From NCBI GenBank assembly GCA_047967505.1, contig CM106538.1: a stretch of DNA of 64,000 bases; one strand, written 5' to 3'. The translations under genes and the position numbers were made by a program. The notes beneath the pieces were generated by a model. The model ran no database searches. It saw only the letters and a list, made by a program, of their open reading frames with translations, and was not told the origin of the DNA. This document shows, one piece after another, positions 46,030 through 60,075 of the stretch. Origin of the DNA: Dipteris shenzhenensis (lineage: Eukaryota). Each line of letters begins with the position of its first letter. Within the stretch, counting starts at the first letter, position 1.

Positions 46030-49000
46030 CTTTATTTGAGCTTCAAGCAGAGACAAGTCCCATTGGATGAAGTGGGTTTATTTGAGCTTCAAGCAGAGAT
46101 AAGTCCCATTGGATGAAGTGGGTTTATAGAGTCAACTTAAACTAGTATGGTACAATTGATAGGAATAAAGCTAGACTTGTTGCAAAAGGTTATGCACAAG
46201 AATATGGCATAGACTATGAGGAAACTTTTGCGCCAGTTGCAAAGATGACAATTATCAGGATAGTCATCACTCATTTAGCATCACAATTTTCTTGGACTAT
46301 ACATCAAATAAATGTGAAAAATGACTTCTTGAATGGTATTCAAAGAGGAAGAAATCTACTTGCAATAACCAAAAGGATATGAAGTCAAAGGTCAAGAATA
46401 GAAACTCTGCAAATAGCTAGGAGGATATGCAATCAAACGTCAAGAATAGAAAGTATGCTAATTGGTCAAATCCTTGTAGGGTTTAAAGCAAGCACCTACT
46501 GCATGGAATGCCAGGATCCATACTCATATCAGGAAAACTTCACAAGAATTGTTGTTGTTGTTGTCTTATATGTGGATGATTTGATCATCAGGAATACTTC
46601 ACAAGACGTCGTTTTATAAGTGGATGATTTGATCATCGAAGGATCCAAGGGCAAACTTATTTGGAAGTCAAAATATAGCTCACATTGCACTTCGACATGA
46701 AAGACATGCAAGACCATTATTTTTTAAGCATAGAAATTGTAGAGATACAAATGGAATTATGCTGACACAAGGGAAGTACACTTAGAAAGTACTGAAGTAG
46801 TTCTACATGCATGTTTGCATGTAGAACTACTTAGAGATTCAAATGGAATTATGTTAGCACAAGGAAATTATGTTTGCATGTAGAACTACTTAGAGATACA
46901 AATGGAATTTTGCTTACACAAGGGAAGTACACTTAGAAAGTACTGAAGTAGTTCTACATGCATGTTTGCAAACCCTTGCCTAGTCCCATGGAATCAAATC
47001 TTAACCTTTCAACTTATGATAGGTCACCAAGTATAAACCCCTAGTAGTACAAATAGCACTTGATATATCTGACCATTACCAGGCTAGACAATTCATATTA
47101 TTAATTCAGTAAATGTAGAATCCTAAAAAGGCAACTAGATTCAGCTAAAGCAATTATGAAGTATCTCCACAGTAGATGGCATGATGGACTCATATATGAT
47201 AAATACAAGGACTTCAGGCTTTATGTCTGTACTGATGGAAATTGGACTAGTAATGTGGATAAGAAGTGTAGCAATGATTTCTTCTTTAGCCTTGGCTCAC
47301 AACTACCTTCTCATGGCAAAGCAAAAGTTGTTAAAAGAATCATGGCTTATAGAACACTCCCTAGAGTTTAAAGGTGAGGTTCTCATGAAGAGGCACATGA
47401 ATCAAACATGGGTCTCATTAATGGTGCCACATGGAACATGCCTATCGTATGTTGTGGTGTTGGATGTAAACAAGTATGTAGAGGAGGATGCACACAAGCA
47501 TGTGTCTTGTAACCCTTAAGGGTGGAAAGATTGACCTGTATTAGAAGGGGCTCAACAGGGACTTTTGTAAGGCAGAAATACAAGGATCCGAATCCCATCC
47601 TAATCTTTTATATAGTCCAAGTCTTCACTTTGTGGTCTCTCCTTTCTCTTCCATGCACGTAGATTTAGCTTCTTTTGCTCACACTTCCTCTCATGCTCTC
47701 AAGCTCCCTCCTAGCTTCCCTTGTGCTCACTCTCTAGCTAAAATGCTAAAATTGTATCAGAGCAAGATCCATAGAGTGCTTCTTCTCATTCCACATTACT
47801 CGTCATCTTAGTTGCCATCCCTACAAGTGTTCTACAAGTTTTAGCTTGTAGCTAGATGTCTACTTGCCCTCATTTTACCTACTCTTAGGGCCTTAGCACA
47901 TGGATGGGGCTAGCATGGGTTTAGGCTGGGAATCTTTTTGTCATCATTACTCCCATCCTACAGCAAGTGGTCTAGGATGGATTTAGAATGGGAGTAGCCA
48001 CTTTTTCTCCCATCCTAGACCATGGCCTCTAGACCCTAGGAGCCAGAATGGGTTCCCCTTCTTTAGGGATTCAAAAACATGCAAGGATGACATGTATCCT
48101 TGTCCCCAAGTGGTCCCCACCTCCTAAACACATGAAATAATGCCATGTGTCCTCTTCCTCCTAAACCCATCCCTACTTCTTTTTTTGTTAGCACATGGTG
48201 GGATGGGAATAGGATAGAAATATGCATGGGACCACTTAGGACCACCTTTTCCCATTCTCATCCTATTTCTTCCCATGTGCTAAGCCCCTTAGTAACCACT
48301 TGCCTTACTACCAAGTGGAAGGTTGCTTGCCCCTTCTTTGTCCTACAAGAAGTCATAGCAAAGCAGCCCAACAAAGCTTGTAGCAACCTGGAGAAGGTAG
48401 CACTACAAAGCAATAACGTAGTAGAGAAGATAGAGAAGAATCGTAGCAGCAAAAGCAAGCAGCAGAAGATTCCAAGCAAAGGGTAGCCTTGGCATCAATA
48501 TCTGAGAGCTAAAGCTCCACAGTAAGGAAATGGCCAAACAACGAAGGCATGAACTAGCAGCTTAGCAATAGAGCAACCACAGCGACAAAGCAACTTGGGT
48601 GACAACAAAGGGCGACTAGCTCACAAGAAGGGAGCAGCCACAACAACAATCATTCCCAAAGCAAAGATTATGCAGAAGTGTCAAGGCAATCTAGCACAAT
48701 GAAGCAAGTGATTGCAATGCTAGCAGCTGAGCGGCAACAACAAAGCAAACTTGCTTCATCCATCGATGATGAACAGAGGGCAACACTAGCATAAGAAAGA
48801 GTAGTAAAACCAGAGAACAAGGCTACCTTATCACGAAGCAGCTCAAAGCCAACATCTCAAGAAGAAAAATGGAGACAAAGCCAAGCAGTGGAGCACTAGC
48901 AATGACTAAAGAGACAATTTGACAGAGGAGCTCAAGCCATATAGAATCTATAGATAGAGACCATAGTTGCAAATTATGTCTATTTAGAAGGGTCTAAAAC

Positions 49001-50350
49001 CCTTTGATTCAATCGCAAATCTATGTTTCGTGGAAAACCTGTGTATAGAGCAATTCGATAAGAACCGGCAACGTGCAGGAATACTTTTGTGAAAGTTTTT
49101 GAAAGTGGTAGAGAAACAATCTGGAGCCTTGATCCAGACTATTGAGATGATGTCATGTGGCATGCAGGTACCCTTCTTTTTCACCCCTATGCAATTCTTA
49201 AAGCACTATTTAGGACACATATACTCTAACAGCGGCACTTGTATTTTCATATTCCTTTGGTTTCTATAAAACCGACATGCTCATAAGCACTCTTTGTATT
49301 CTTGGAGAAGACACTGTCCTTGACAATCCAATAGGTCAAGAGGTAAGACCCTCCCATTGTCATCATTTGTAGCAATGTCTTCATTACCCATGGAGGAGGT
49401 TATTATGCCTCATTGCCAAAGGAGGAGGTGTTTCTATCCTCACGAATCGGAGGCGTATGCAGACAAGCAAAAAGCATGTTTGTAAAAGCTCAATGGAAAC
49501 TACGTGAAAAGTACTTGTGCAAGGATGGCAGCCTTGTGTTGGCCATGGTGTGAGGAAGGCCAAGGTAGAATGCATACGGAGTAAATGGCATGACTATTTA
49601 AAGCATGTCATACATAAGAAAGAATCAAGCTCAAAGAGTGAAATCACACAGCCACTAAGTACATCTTCTAAAACCATACTTCTAAAAATATCACCTTGTC
49701 CATGCACTAAGATACAAAGGTATCAACCTTGTAATCTAGGAAACCATGTATCCATGTAGCCAAAGTAACTCTCTCAAGCGTTACATTGAGGAGGGTGTTA
49801 AAAGAATCATGGTTTGTAGAACACTCCCTAGAGGTTAAAGGTGAGTATACACATGGTTCTCATGAAGAGGTACATGAATCAAACATGGGTCTCATTAATG
49901 GTGGCACATGGAACATGCCTATTGGACTTTGTTGTGTTGGATGTAACCAAGTATGTGAGGAGGATGCACACAAGTGTTGTCTTGTAACCATCAAGACAAG
50001 GAAAATGCACACAAGTGTGTGCCTTTTAACGCTCAAGGGTGGAACTCTTGGCCTGTATTTTGAAGTAGCTCAAGAGGGTCTTTTGTAAGGTTGAAATACA
50101 ATCCTTTGTATAGTCCAAGTCTTCACTTTGTTGTCTCTCCTATCTCTTCCATGCACGTAGATTTAGCTTCTCTTGCTTATGCCCTCTCTCATGCTCTCAA
50201 GCTCCCTCCTATCTTCCCTTGTGCTCACTCTCTAGCTAAAATGCTAGCAAAAGTAGCCTATAATAGCTTTATCATCTGCTAAAGTAGAATGTAACGAATC
50301 TTATTATGCTACATGTGAAGGGGTATCATTCAATGGGTTACTCTTAAAGC
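46030..50350 (+). mobile_element. Degenerate Ty1/copia RT-RNase H remnant, interrupted by the LTR element at 47329-50249
   Basis: [30 protein letters not shown] (~46170-46260) and VVLYVDDLII (~46560). RNase H SWQSK resumes as PIIALSSAKVE after 50254. Confidence 0.85.
47329..50249 (+). mobile_element. Non-autonomous/internally deleted LTR retrotransposon, 2.9 kb, TSD AAAGT
   Basis: LTRs at 47329-~47750 and 49796-50249 (TGTTAAAAGAATC..GCTAGCA); TSD aaagt at 47324-47328 and 50250-50254; PBS T(T)GTATCAGAGC at 47752-47763; PPT TTGAGGAGGG at 49786-49795. The 2-kb interior has no intact pol. Confidence 0.9.
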
Positions 50351-51499
50351 TTGAGTTTTATGCCGGTCTTTCTCACCTACTTAAAATCTCCTTGAGCATT
50401 TCCGTTTCCATGTTTGCTTCACCAAGCTTGTCCTATAACGCTTGGAAACATTGTCTTTATACATGGCTCTCTAATTAATGGTCAAGTTGGCTATGGCTCT
50501 TACTCTTATCTCTTTCCACCTTAATGGAATATGTCTTGCCCTTGCTATATAACTTCAAAGCAAGTGAATAACCAATCTCAATGTCTAGGCTTAGTTTAGA
50601 AGGGAGCCAGCCACCAAGGCTATGGTATCTAATTTGCAATACTCAAGACCATGATGTAAATATATGTTTCTACAACATGGGGGTTGCACAACCTAAACCA
50701 CGAAATAATTAAAAAGCATCAATCCTCATGTACATTCAACCCACAATTATGCTAAATGCACAACTTCCAAGGCTACATTCATCCCCAAGTGCTCCAGATT
50801 CTGAGAAATCCTAATCCTCCACAATGTCTATAAGCTCCCAATCTTATTTGAATAGTCATGCTAGTTCAACAACTCCAACCTAAAGACCTAGAATTGCAAT
50901 ATGAATTCAAGCCATAGTACACAATGTACTACATGGAAGGTTTAGAAGGTCTCATCCTGGCATACACAACCAAACACCCATCACATGCTTCATGTTGGCC
51001 CCCATATGAGGAGGGCAGGGGGCATTGTACCAAAAAATAGCAAAGAAGTCTAACAAAGGGGCTAAGAAGGGGGAAAAGGAGAAACAAAAGTCAAAAAAGG
51101 CTTCCACAACGTCTGAGGTTGAGAGGCTAGTGGAGAAAAAGTTTGAGTGTAACAAAGAACTGGCCACAGATGCAATGTGGGATCTGCTAGAAGAACCACC
51201 CAACTGGAGTGTGCTGGTACCAAAATATGCATATTTACATGGAATGTGCCAAAAAAACTGGTAAATGGTTTTTGACTTAAGCCCTTTGTCGGATTTCCCA
51301 AATCAATCAGAAAGTCAGTCGTGGCTGTCGCACTAATAGCACTCATCAAAATAAGGAGGATTCATTGGACTTTCATGATTGATGCATCGCACATGAGGAC
51401 CATCACCACACTCACTTCCTCTTTTGAATAGCTTTATTATTTCAAATCTTGCATGTCCTCTCCTCTATTTTCACTATGCAATATATTAGCTTCAACATC

Positions 51500-53050
51500 T
51501 ATGAACCGAGGATGCGAAGAGCTATCAAATTTCCATTTGGTGAGGATCGCACAAAAGAAGAGGCGACTAGTAGCGCAACATCCAATTTGCAGATTGTAGA
51601 AGAGATAGCATCATCTATCAACATGGAAAAATGCAAATTATCATTTTCCCCTAAGAAAAGCCTTTGTAGTCAGACATCTCTAGTTACACAAGGCAAGGAG
51701 AACGTGGTGGAGTCGACGAAACCATCTCCAAAGATTGGCCACTAAAGTTTTCATTGGTTTCCAGGATTGTGAATACCAATTGGATGATGAGATCCCATTG
51801 AATGTTACCTAGTTGAAAAAGATTGGTTTGTATGAATATCACAAGCTGGGTAGGTGGTAGTATGCTTTGAATCTTCATGCTACAAGCAGTTTTCGCAGTT
51901 ACATGCCCTTAAGGGATTTTTAACACCATAGATACCAATCACCCGTGAATTGATTTCTTCACTTTTTAAATTGCTTTTGAATTATGATGCGCCCATGAAA
52001 GTCACTGTCAAGTATCTAGATGAGTTGATGGCTAAAGAGTTTGGCAAGCCGGCCCATAAGAAGGAATATTATCAACATTGTAGGAAGTAGGTTAGGCACA
52101 TCAGATGTTGCTAATACCTGGAAAGGATTCTACTGTTAACTAAGTACGACTACATGAGCAAAGAGAATTTCACCCTGCTACATTTGGCAGAGCAAGGAAA
52201 ACCCATTAATTGGGCGAGGGTGCTGCATGAACACATAATGGGAGAAGTGTTAGGCATGGATAAGAGAAGATGCACACACCAATGACACGACCAATCTGAA
52301 GTCTATTATTTTCATCTGAGAATGTTGTTGAAGAATCTAGGGCTGACATTGAGAGATGCATTCATCAAGAGATACTCACAGATTTTTAAAAATGTGGCTA
52401 TACTAAGGCAGATGTCAGATATGCCTTATTATAGAAAAATTAAAGAGAGAGTGAAGGGAAACTGTCAATTATTGTAGGTGACCCACCAGCAACAATCACT
52501 CCACCTAAGAAGAGAATTAAGCTCACAAAGAAGAAGTCCAAGGTTCTTACACTATAGAATGATCAAGCAGAGTAGAGAGAGCATGTGTTAAATAAAGAAG
52601 TGCACAAGAAGGAAATCCCAATGCCATATGCCACTTTAGTAGCCATTACCTAAAAGTCAAGAAAGCTTTGCAACATAAAAGAGCGAGAAAGATCAAGCAA
52701 CGTACGGTAATCCAACGTCAATAGTTAAGGTAAATGCTAAGGAAGATGAGGCAAAAGTGTCAATAGTAGAGGCTATTAGCGCCCTTCAAATATTGAGTAA
52801 ATTTACTACTTAGCAAAAGGAAAAAGAGCATATTGTTCATAATTATAAGCAGAAATGCACATGTTAAAGGGATAGAATGATGTGCATAGTGCACAAAATG
52901 CCTTGTTGCAACAACAGCAGAATAAGTAGATATTACAATAGAAAACCATGATTTACAAGAAGACGAAAAACAATGATTCAAGAGCATCATATTAAAGCCC
53001 AAAACAAGCAAGAACATCAAGGTCAAAAGGCTCAAATGCCTCTTGTAAGA
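51500..53050 (+). pseudogene. Decayed retrotransposon accessory ORF (Athila/Tat-type 'putative plant transposon protein'-like)
   Basis: Broken frame YLERILLLTKYDYMSKENFTLLHLAEQGKPINWARVLHEHIMGEV near 52115-52255, followed by charged, coiled-coil-like sequence. Family assignment is by resemblance only. Confidence 0.4.
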
Positions 53051-55479
53051 ACTAAAGAATCAAAAATGCATCAGTATAGTCTGAGAGATGCAATGTCCCA
53101 ATGCCTAGCCATAGGTCTTAAAAGAACTGCTCAAGTCAGTAGATAGAAAATTGGGGGTCACACATTCTTGGTTGATCATTTGGCAGATTGATCACATAAA
53201 AGTGTACCACCAAAGGGAATTAGATGTCATCGCATAAAGGCAATTGGATATCATCACTCATTCTTGGATGATCAATATGGTTGATTGATCACCTAAGCAT
53301 GCATCACTAGAATAAAGGATGTTGCAATCTAGTGGATTATCAATATCATTGATTGATCACCTAAGCATGTATCACCAAAATAAAAGATGTTGCAATTTGG
53401 TGGATGATCCATAAATATTGCTTCATAAAGAAAACATGCTATAAATTTGTGGGTCATATCTCAACTCTAGTCTTCTTTTCATTGTGTGAATATGTAGGTG
53501 ATTACGTCTATTTCTTTGTTGCACTTTCTCTTATGTGCTTTGCATATTGCTCTTATATCTATAATTTCTCTTTTTGCTACTTGATTTTTGTGGTTTTAGT
53601 CTCATGGTTGCAAAAATTTCAATTGGCTAAGCTTGTCTAGATCAACATATGATTCAAGAAATGCTTGCTGATGTTGAAGTTGAACATTGGTATGTCGATG
53701 TTGGTTGTGTTTTATCTTTTATCTTGCACGTTCACAAGATTTGATTGTGCCAAAGGAATTGTCTACTTCTCCATTTTAATTTCATTTTCACTATCATAGT
53801 CTAAAATCATTGGATCTATTGATTAGATCTTTATTTGCACACATTAATATCATGCCAAATTTATAGGTATAGTTGCCATCTTCTTCTACTTGTATTGTTC
53901 CTTGCTCAAGGAGAGTTCCTTCAAGTTTGTATTCAACTTGATAAGCTATCAAGGTTAATTGAATTTGCATCTAGTTCAAACATTTCATTATGGTGCTAAG
54001 ACATAAATTTTCCATTGTCAAATCCTTGAATTTACATTTATCTAGGGAGATTTCATAAAAGTTTTTGTTTACCTCTTTTTTCTTCTCTTTCATTTTCTCT
54101 TTTATTTTCCGTGTAGATTTTTGGTCTTTAGAATAACAAAAAATCTAAATTTGTATGATTGGACTTATTCTAGTCTTACAAAGGTATCTATATTTATTTA
54201 TTTATCTAGGGAGATTTCCTCTTTGGAATTCAATCATCTGACAAAAACGTTTTCTATATTTGACCTTTTCGCTTAGTACGTTTGCACAGACCATGGTGAC
54301 TTTTATCTTTGTGTCATTGTCTTGACCTCAATTTTTGATTATTCATATGCATCTTTTTTTTTGTGAATTATTTTCATATAAGCTATCATAGTTAAAATGG
54401 CAATCGTGTGTGCCTCTTTCCATCTACACATTTTATGCTTTCCTTTTACTGCTTCTAAACTTTGTTTTTACAATTGTTTGCTTGAGACTTGAAAGACGTC
54501 CTCATTAATTTAGAAAATGTATCTTATTCTTCTATTTCTTTTGTTGCTTCTTTTGGTTCTTCTAAAATTTGGTCATCATTGTAATCATCATAGACCAATG
54601 GAAGTTTATCATTTGCATATCCAACTTATGGTCCCATAGGTTTTTATATTCACCTAATTATGTGCATTTTTTATTACATGAACATCATTGTTATCCAATG
54701 ACTCATAAAATCATGGATAAACATTTTTCATTTAAAAAACTTGGAAACTGGCAAACTATTACCAATACTATGTCTAGAGGTGCTTTTACCACCATAGGTG
54801 GTAACATAGTAAAAACTGATAGTAGAGGTCTTATTACTAGTAGAAGAAGTAACACCGCCAGTATCATTCATGCTACCACTAGTAACTCTAATAGTAGCAT
54901 TGATAAATTGAGTATTGCCAACAGTAATAAGAGTAGTAGTACTACTACCTATGATAGTACTATTGGCACAACTGTATAAGGAACCTACTAGTATATCATA
55001 TCGCATGCTTGCATTTTTGTATTCTTTACAATGTTTCCACTATCATGAATGCACATTGCATTCCTAATAAATCATTTCATACGTTCATGCATGTTTTTTT
55101 TCTCATACATGCATAAAATCATGTGTATGTGTCATTGTGTGTAAGAAGTAGCTTGTATAATGAATGCATATGCACATAGGGTATGGTAGCTGAGCATCAT
55201 GGAGGATTTTCATTAAAGAGACGTTTCTACACCACAAGTTGCATTAACATTTGGATCTTGTGGCTTGCAATATGCAATACATGCAATTTGCAAACTTTTG
55301 TATGTATGATGTTTCTTGAGATGGCACCAATTCAAAGTTTGTATGTGAACAAAGCCTCAATAAAGATAGTTAATAGGGTGCTTTGAGAGAAATCGCTAGA
55401 GAAGATAAACATCATTTTTAAGAGAGAGATGAGAGGCACAATAGAGAACACTGATAGGTTGCAAATTTTGAACAAGGAT

Positions 55480-56330
55480 ACATGCAAGGGAAGCAAGGGG
55501 GTTGCTAGAAATAGATGCCCAAGATATTGAGCTTGCCAATATCATGAATTGGTAATTCCTTTAGTTTGAGTCTCTATTATGAATGTTATGAGAGAGTTTT
55601 GGAGAAGCATGTGTTTCAAAACTATCATTTGATGATGATGTCAGTGCATTGCAAATGGAGCAATGGGATTCAATATGGCTTTACATAAGAGTAGAGTCCT
55701 ATGATAAACCATCATGATTGAGAGCTAGGAGAAGAAGTTTACATTAAAGCTTGGGATGGTTGAGGGACGATTCGAGCAAGCTAAGGAAGGAAGTGGTGCA
55801 ATCTTAAAAGGAAAGGTGCAAGGAGTGAAGCACAGAAGGTATAGTAATGGGATACTTAGATAAGGAACATGAATGACATTCATCATAGAGAAGAAGATCC
55901 ATGCAAGTGAAAAGGTTGAAAGTGGAACGTGTGGGACTACCCCATCAAGTCCAATGTTGTCTTGGCCTACTGTAAAAAAAATGGTATGGTGGCAAGTTCT
56001 ATAAGGGTGACATTGGGGCTCATACATGTGAGGCATCAAGAGAGGTCTCCATGCAAATAGTACAACCTTCCCTCCTTTATTATGACATGAGAGGAGCGCA
56101 TATGGACTAATATGCCACTGTCCAATGGCAAAATCCTAGTTTGATCTTTTATCAGGCTTTTAATTAATGAACGGTCCTTCATGTTATGCGAAAATCTCAT
56201 GAAAGGGAGGTATAGAGATGAGGAAAGAGATAGAAGGCAAGTTAGAGGATGCAATCATAAAAGATGTGGTAGAGAGGATCAACATCTTCTATGCTATCCT
56301 TGCTAGGTTAGAACACCTACATGAGACATG
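55480..56330 (+). mobile_element. Very degraded Ty3/gypsy gag-RT remnant
   Basis: Fragments such as IEMRKEIEGKLEDAIIKDVVE..STSSY resemble the RT N-terminus; the sequence is heavily mutated. Confidence 0.3.
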
Positions 56331-56958
56331 ATGGTTCCATATAGACTTGAACCTATCTTTCTTGATTTTATAATAGATGGTGCATACCAATGCAAGACAT
56401 TCCTAAAAAGGAACAAAGGAATGCAACCACTAGAAAATTGAAGCAACAATGCTTGGAGACTGAGGAGGATTGGGTAAGACTAGATCCTCAAGTGCGAGTA
56501 AGATCATGCACAAAACAATTTCTTGGAGTTGTGTTGTTTTGCAATCAAGGTAGATATAGCTTGCAATAGGACATTTATGCACTTAATTGTAATGTTCTTT
56601 CCCTAAGGCTAGTGCATGGATGTCTCCAATTGCAATCAATATTCTCAATGTAATATAATCCATTTTTTTGCCTACCATGATTGGAGAAAGTGTGACATAT
56701 TTCATGATAAACTAACACATCACACATCATCGTGTATGCGAATTTCATGTACAAACATACTATCTAAAACTTGAAAGTTTAAAACATCATGCATTTGGAC
56801 CTTATGCATTCTGAAAACATGAATCATCATGCATGTGATAATTTATAAATTTGAAAGTGTCATGTAATGCAATCGATTCCCATGAATTCCATATGTCAAT
56901 GTGTTTGACTTTATGCATGAAAATACTTGTTGACTTCACACAAATAGCAATCCGGGTA

Positions 56959-57210
56959 AAAGCATGCTACGGTGTATATACCATTGACAAGAATAGTACA
57001 AAACTTTAATACTCATTCATTTCTAAAAGAAATTTATTGCTAATAGCCATATGTACTTTTTATTCAACGTCCATGAGATAGAATCCAAAAGTATATGCAA
57101 AGTGCCAAAATGCTTTACAAGTAGTTTTAAAATGCCTATTTAATGCTCAAATAATACAATAATTTCCCCTGCCAAAAAGAGTACTAAATGGGTACACCGT
57201 AGCATGCTTT
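56959..57210. mobile_element. MITE-like element with perfect 18-bp terminal inverted repeats
   Basis: aaagcatgctacggtgta (56959-56976) and its reverse complement tacaccgtagcatgcttt (57193-57210) enclose an AT-rich non-coding interior. Confidence 0.7.
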
Positions 57211-57705
57211 CACGCATCATAGATATGTGACCATTGCACAAAGTCTCTAGGGTACATTAGATGTATTCCTCTATGGATATTCTATAGTTATATTTTGTAA
57301 TTGGAGTGGTAGAATCAAAAGCATTATCTAAAATCCCTATGTAAGTCATGCTTTCTTCACATAGAAAAAAAAAAGTTGACGTTGGCCCAAGTGTCGAACT
57401 CCTCTCTCAAGCTCACATCTCACTGTAAGCAAACATTTGTCTTTCTTTTTTTGGCTAGCGTGCACATTTTGCCCTTTCATGAAACTTGTAACAGCTCATT
57501 CTAGTCTCCTTTTGCACTTAGACCTATTTTTGGATCAAGGATGGTAGTCCCCTTCAAGCTTAATTTTGGATCAAGGAAGGTAGTCCCGTCCAATCTGTTC
57601 CTCGTGTTAGGAGCAACGATGTAGAAGTAGAGTGTCCATATTGTGACCTTTGTGAAACAAAACTAGCTCTATCAAATAGCTCTAACTAAGTCTAGACCAG
57701 AAGGT

Positions 57706-57925
57706 AGCCCTACACTAGACTGCTCCAAACATAGTGTAGAAATAACTAGATTTAGTAGAGAACCCTACCATCATGACGTCTAGGCTATAGCAACAGCTTC
57801 ACTCCTTAGTTGAGATAGCCCTAGACTAGACCACTCTAAACATAGTGTAGAAATAACTAGATTTAGCAGAGAACCCTACCATCATGAGGTCTAGGCTATA
57901 GCAACAACTTCACTCCTTAGTTGAG
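57706..57925. repeat. About 110-bp tandem duplication (probably within a gypsy LTR/3' region)
   Basis: tagcccta.actagac..aaacatagtgtagaaataactagatttag.agagaaccctaccatcatga..ccttagttgag occurs twice. Confidence 0.9.
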
Positions 57926-58449
57926 TTTTAGAGTTGAGATGCTAAAGTAACAGGGAGGTACCATTTAGAGTTGGAAAGGAGATAAGTCAAGGATGGAGTT
58001 ATATACTAGCTTGTGAGGGATTGCACAAGGACCAAAAAGGATTATTCTTTATTGAATTCCCAACTGAGCAGTGAGCTCTACTGTACAATCCAATTTCATT
58101 CAATGAATGAAAGTACAATGATAAGATGAATACATGTGGGACAGCTAGGCCTTTTATAGAAATTAGGACAAGTTGTTTTACAACTATGCTTATGGGATAA
58201 TTCCCCAAAACTACCACCTGGCAACTACCTAATAGCCTAAAGTACAAAGTGCTACAATAAAAAGTCACCAAACTACCTCTTTTATTACAGTCCTCCCCAC
58301 TCAAAAAGAATTTCTGAAGAGTCAGAGAAAACAATGAGAAGAGTAGATGGTATTGTATCATATCCATGCAGCAATGATGATGTCCAAAGCCTCCACAATT
58401 ACTGCATCAGCTAAGAAGATATGGGTACTGCTCCATGATAGATGAGGGA

Positions 58450-60075
58450 TGCCAGGAGGATTCATCATCCAAAAGGCCTCTCCATGTATTCCACATAGGA
58501 TTTATTAGTGAGTACATGGTCCCTGAAACCAATGATTCTCTCTGGAATGTATTTGAATCTATCCCTCCTCATCCATGGGAGGTAATTCCTCAAGTGCCTG
58601 TTTAGAAAGACCCCAGTACTTCTTCAAAAGTGAAACATGGAGTACATTTTGTACTTTGCAAGGTGGGGAAGTTCCAATTGGTAAGCCACTACACCAACCC
58701 TCCTTAAAATTTTATATGGGCCATAATATCTATGTGCAAGCTTAGTATTACTATTGTCCTTCAAAGAAGCATATTTGATCTTGTGGAGCCTAAGAAACAC
58801 ATAATCCCCCTCCTTACACTAGAGTTCCCTTCAATGCTGATATGCATACAGTTCCATATGGGCTTGGTCCTTCAATCATAAATCATCCTTTGCTTGTTGG
58901 TTAGCCATTGCACTATCAACAATTGTGGATGGCACATGAACTTTGCCGCCATGCATAGCTTCAAATGGGCTCATCCCAATGGAGATATGTTTAGTACTAT
59001 TATAGCAGAATTCATCTAGATGAAGCCACTTGTCCCACTTTGTCTGAGTATCAAAACAAAAATGTCTGAGGTATTCTTCCAGCCATCTATTTACCATTTC
59101 TCTGTGGCCATTAGTTTGAGGATGATCAGCAATACTTGGGGTGAGAACTATGCCTATAGACTTACACATCTCCTGCCAAAAATGCCTCGTGAATTTGGCA
59201 TCACGGTCACTTACAATCTCCTGTGGCAAGTCCATGTAATTTGAAGACATTTTTCATAATTGGAAAGCAATCATGGAGGCTGAATATTGAGTTTTGGTCT
59301 ATATGAAGTGTGCAGCCTTTGTGACAACATAAATGATGTTCTAGCCTCTAGGAATCACACGTAGACCCTTGATAAAGTCCATGGATATGTGTTTCGATCC
59401 TATGTGACTAGCCAATGGTAATGAGTGTAGCTCCTACAACATCAGGAGCTTATATGATTAGTTTTCAATAAGGAAAATCCTATCATGGAACTAAAAAACC
59501 AGCCATTATATAACTTGTAATGTGGATGATGCAGGAAGCCTGTTTTCATCAGTAGGACCACCATTATGGAAGGTTTGGTCCAAAATGGCCAATTCCCAAG
59601 GTCTTCTCGTTTAGATTGTACTTGGGTTGGTATAACTCAACCAACTGCATGGCCTTCATGAGAGAGCTTGGCTTCTGTGCCACCACATCTGAGGCAATGC
59701 TAGGATGCAATCCATGGATAAATTTGAGCATTCTACTTCTATCATCAATGCCATGGATGATTAAAGTCAGTTTCCAAAACCATTTGATATAGTTTTTCTC
59801 TGATCCTTGTTGATTCAAATCATACCATCTGCAAACATATTTATCTCGGGCTAGAGGAGAGTTCAATGTTTGGAATATTTCCTTCTTAAAATCCTGCTAA
59901 GTATCAATTACAACACTATCCTCATGTTGATGTCCCCACCAAGTATGAGCCAATCCTTCAAGTGAAGCACAACCACCCTGATTTTTCCTTGATCCCCTTT
60001 AAGATACAACATGAAAGAATCTTCCAATTTGCTTATCCACTCTTCCAACTCAATTAGTTCAACTTTCTTTCATCC
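58450..60075 (-). mobile_element. Internally deleted chromoviral Ty3/gypsy remnant (gag, integrase, chromodomain start; PR/RT/RH missing)
   Basis: gag KFIHGLHPSIASDV (59564..59866); IN LPQEIVSDRDAKFTRHFW..HPQTNG..CYNS (58876..59250); RYYGPYKIL; ELPPMDEEG..PERII near 58520-58590. Only about 100-150 bp separate gag from IN. Confidence 0.8.

Noticed and set aside
54569-55006. Thr/Ser-rich ORFs on both strands
   Set aside because: Low-complexity (AGT/ACT)-rich sequence with no identifiable domain.
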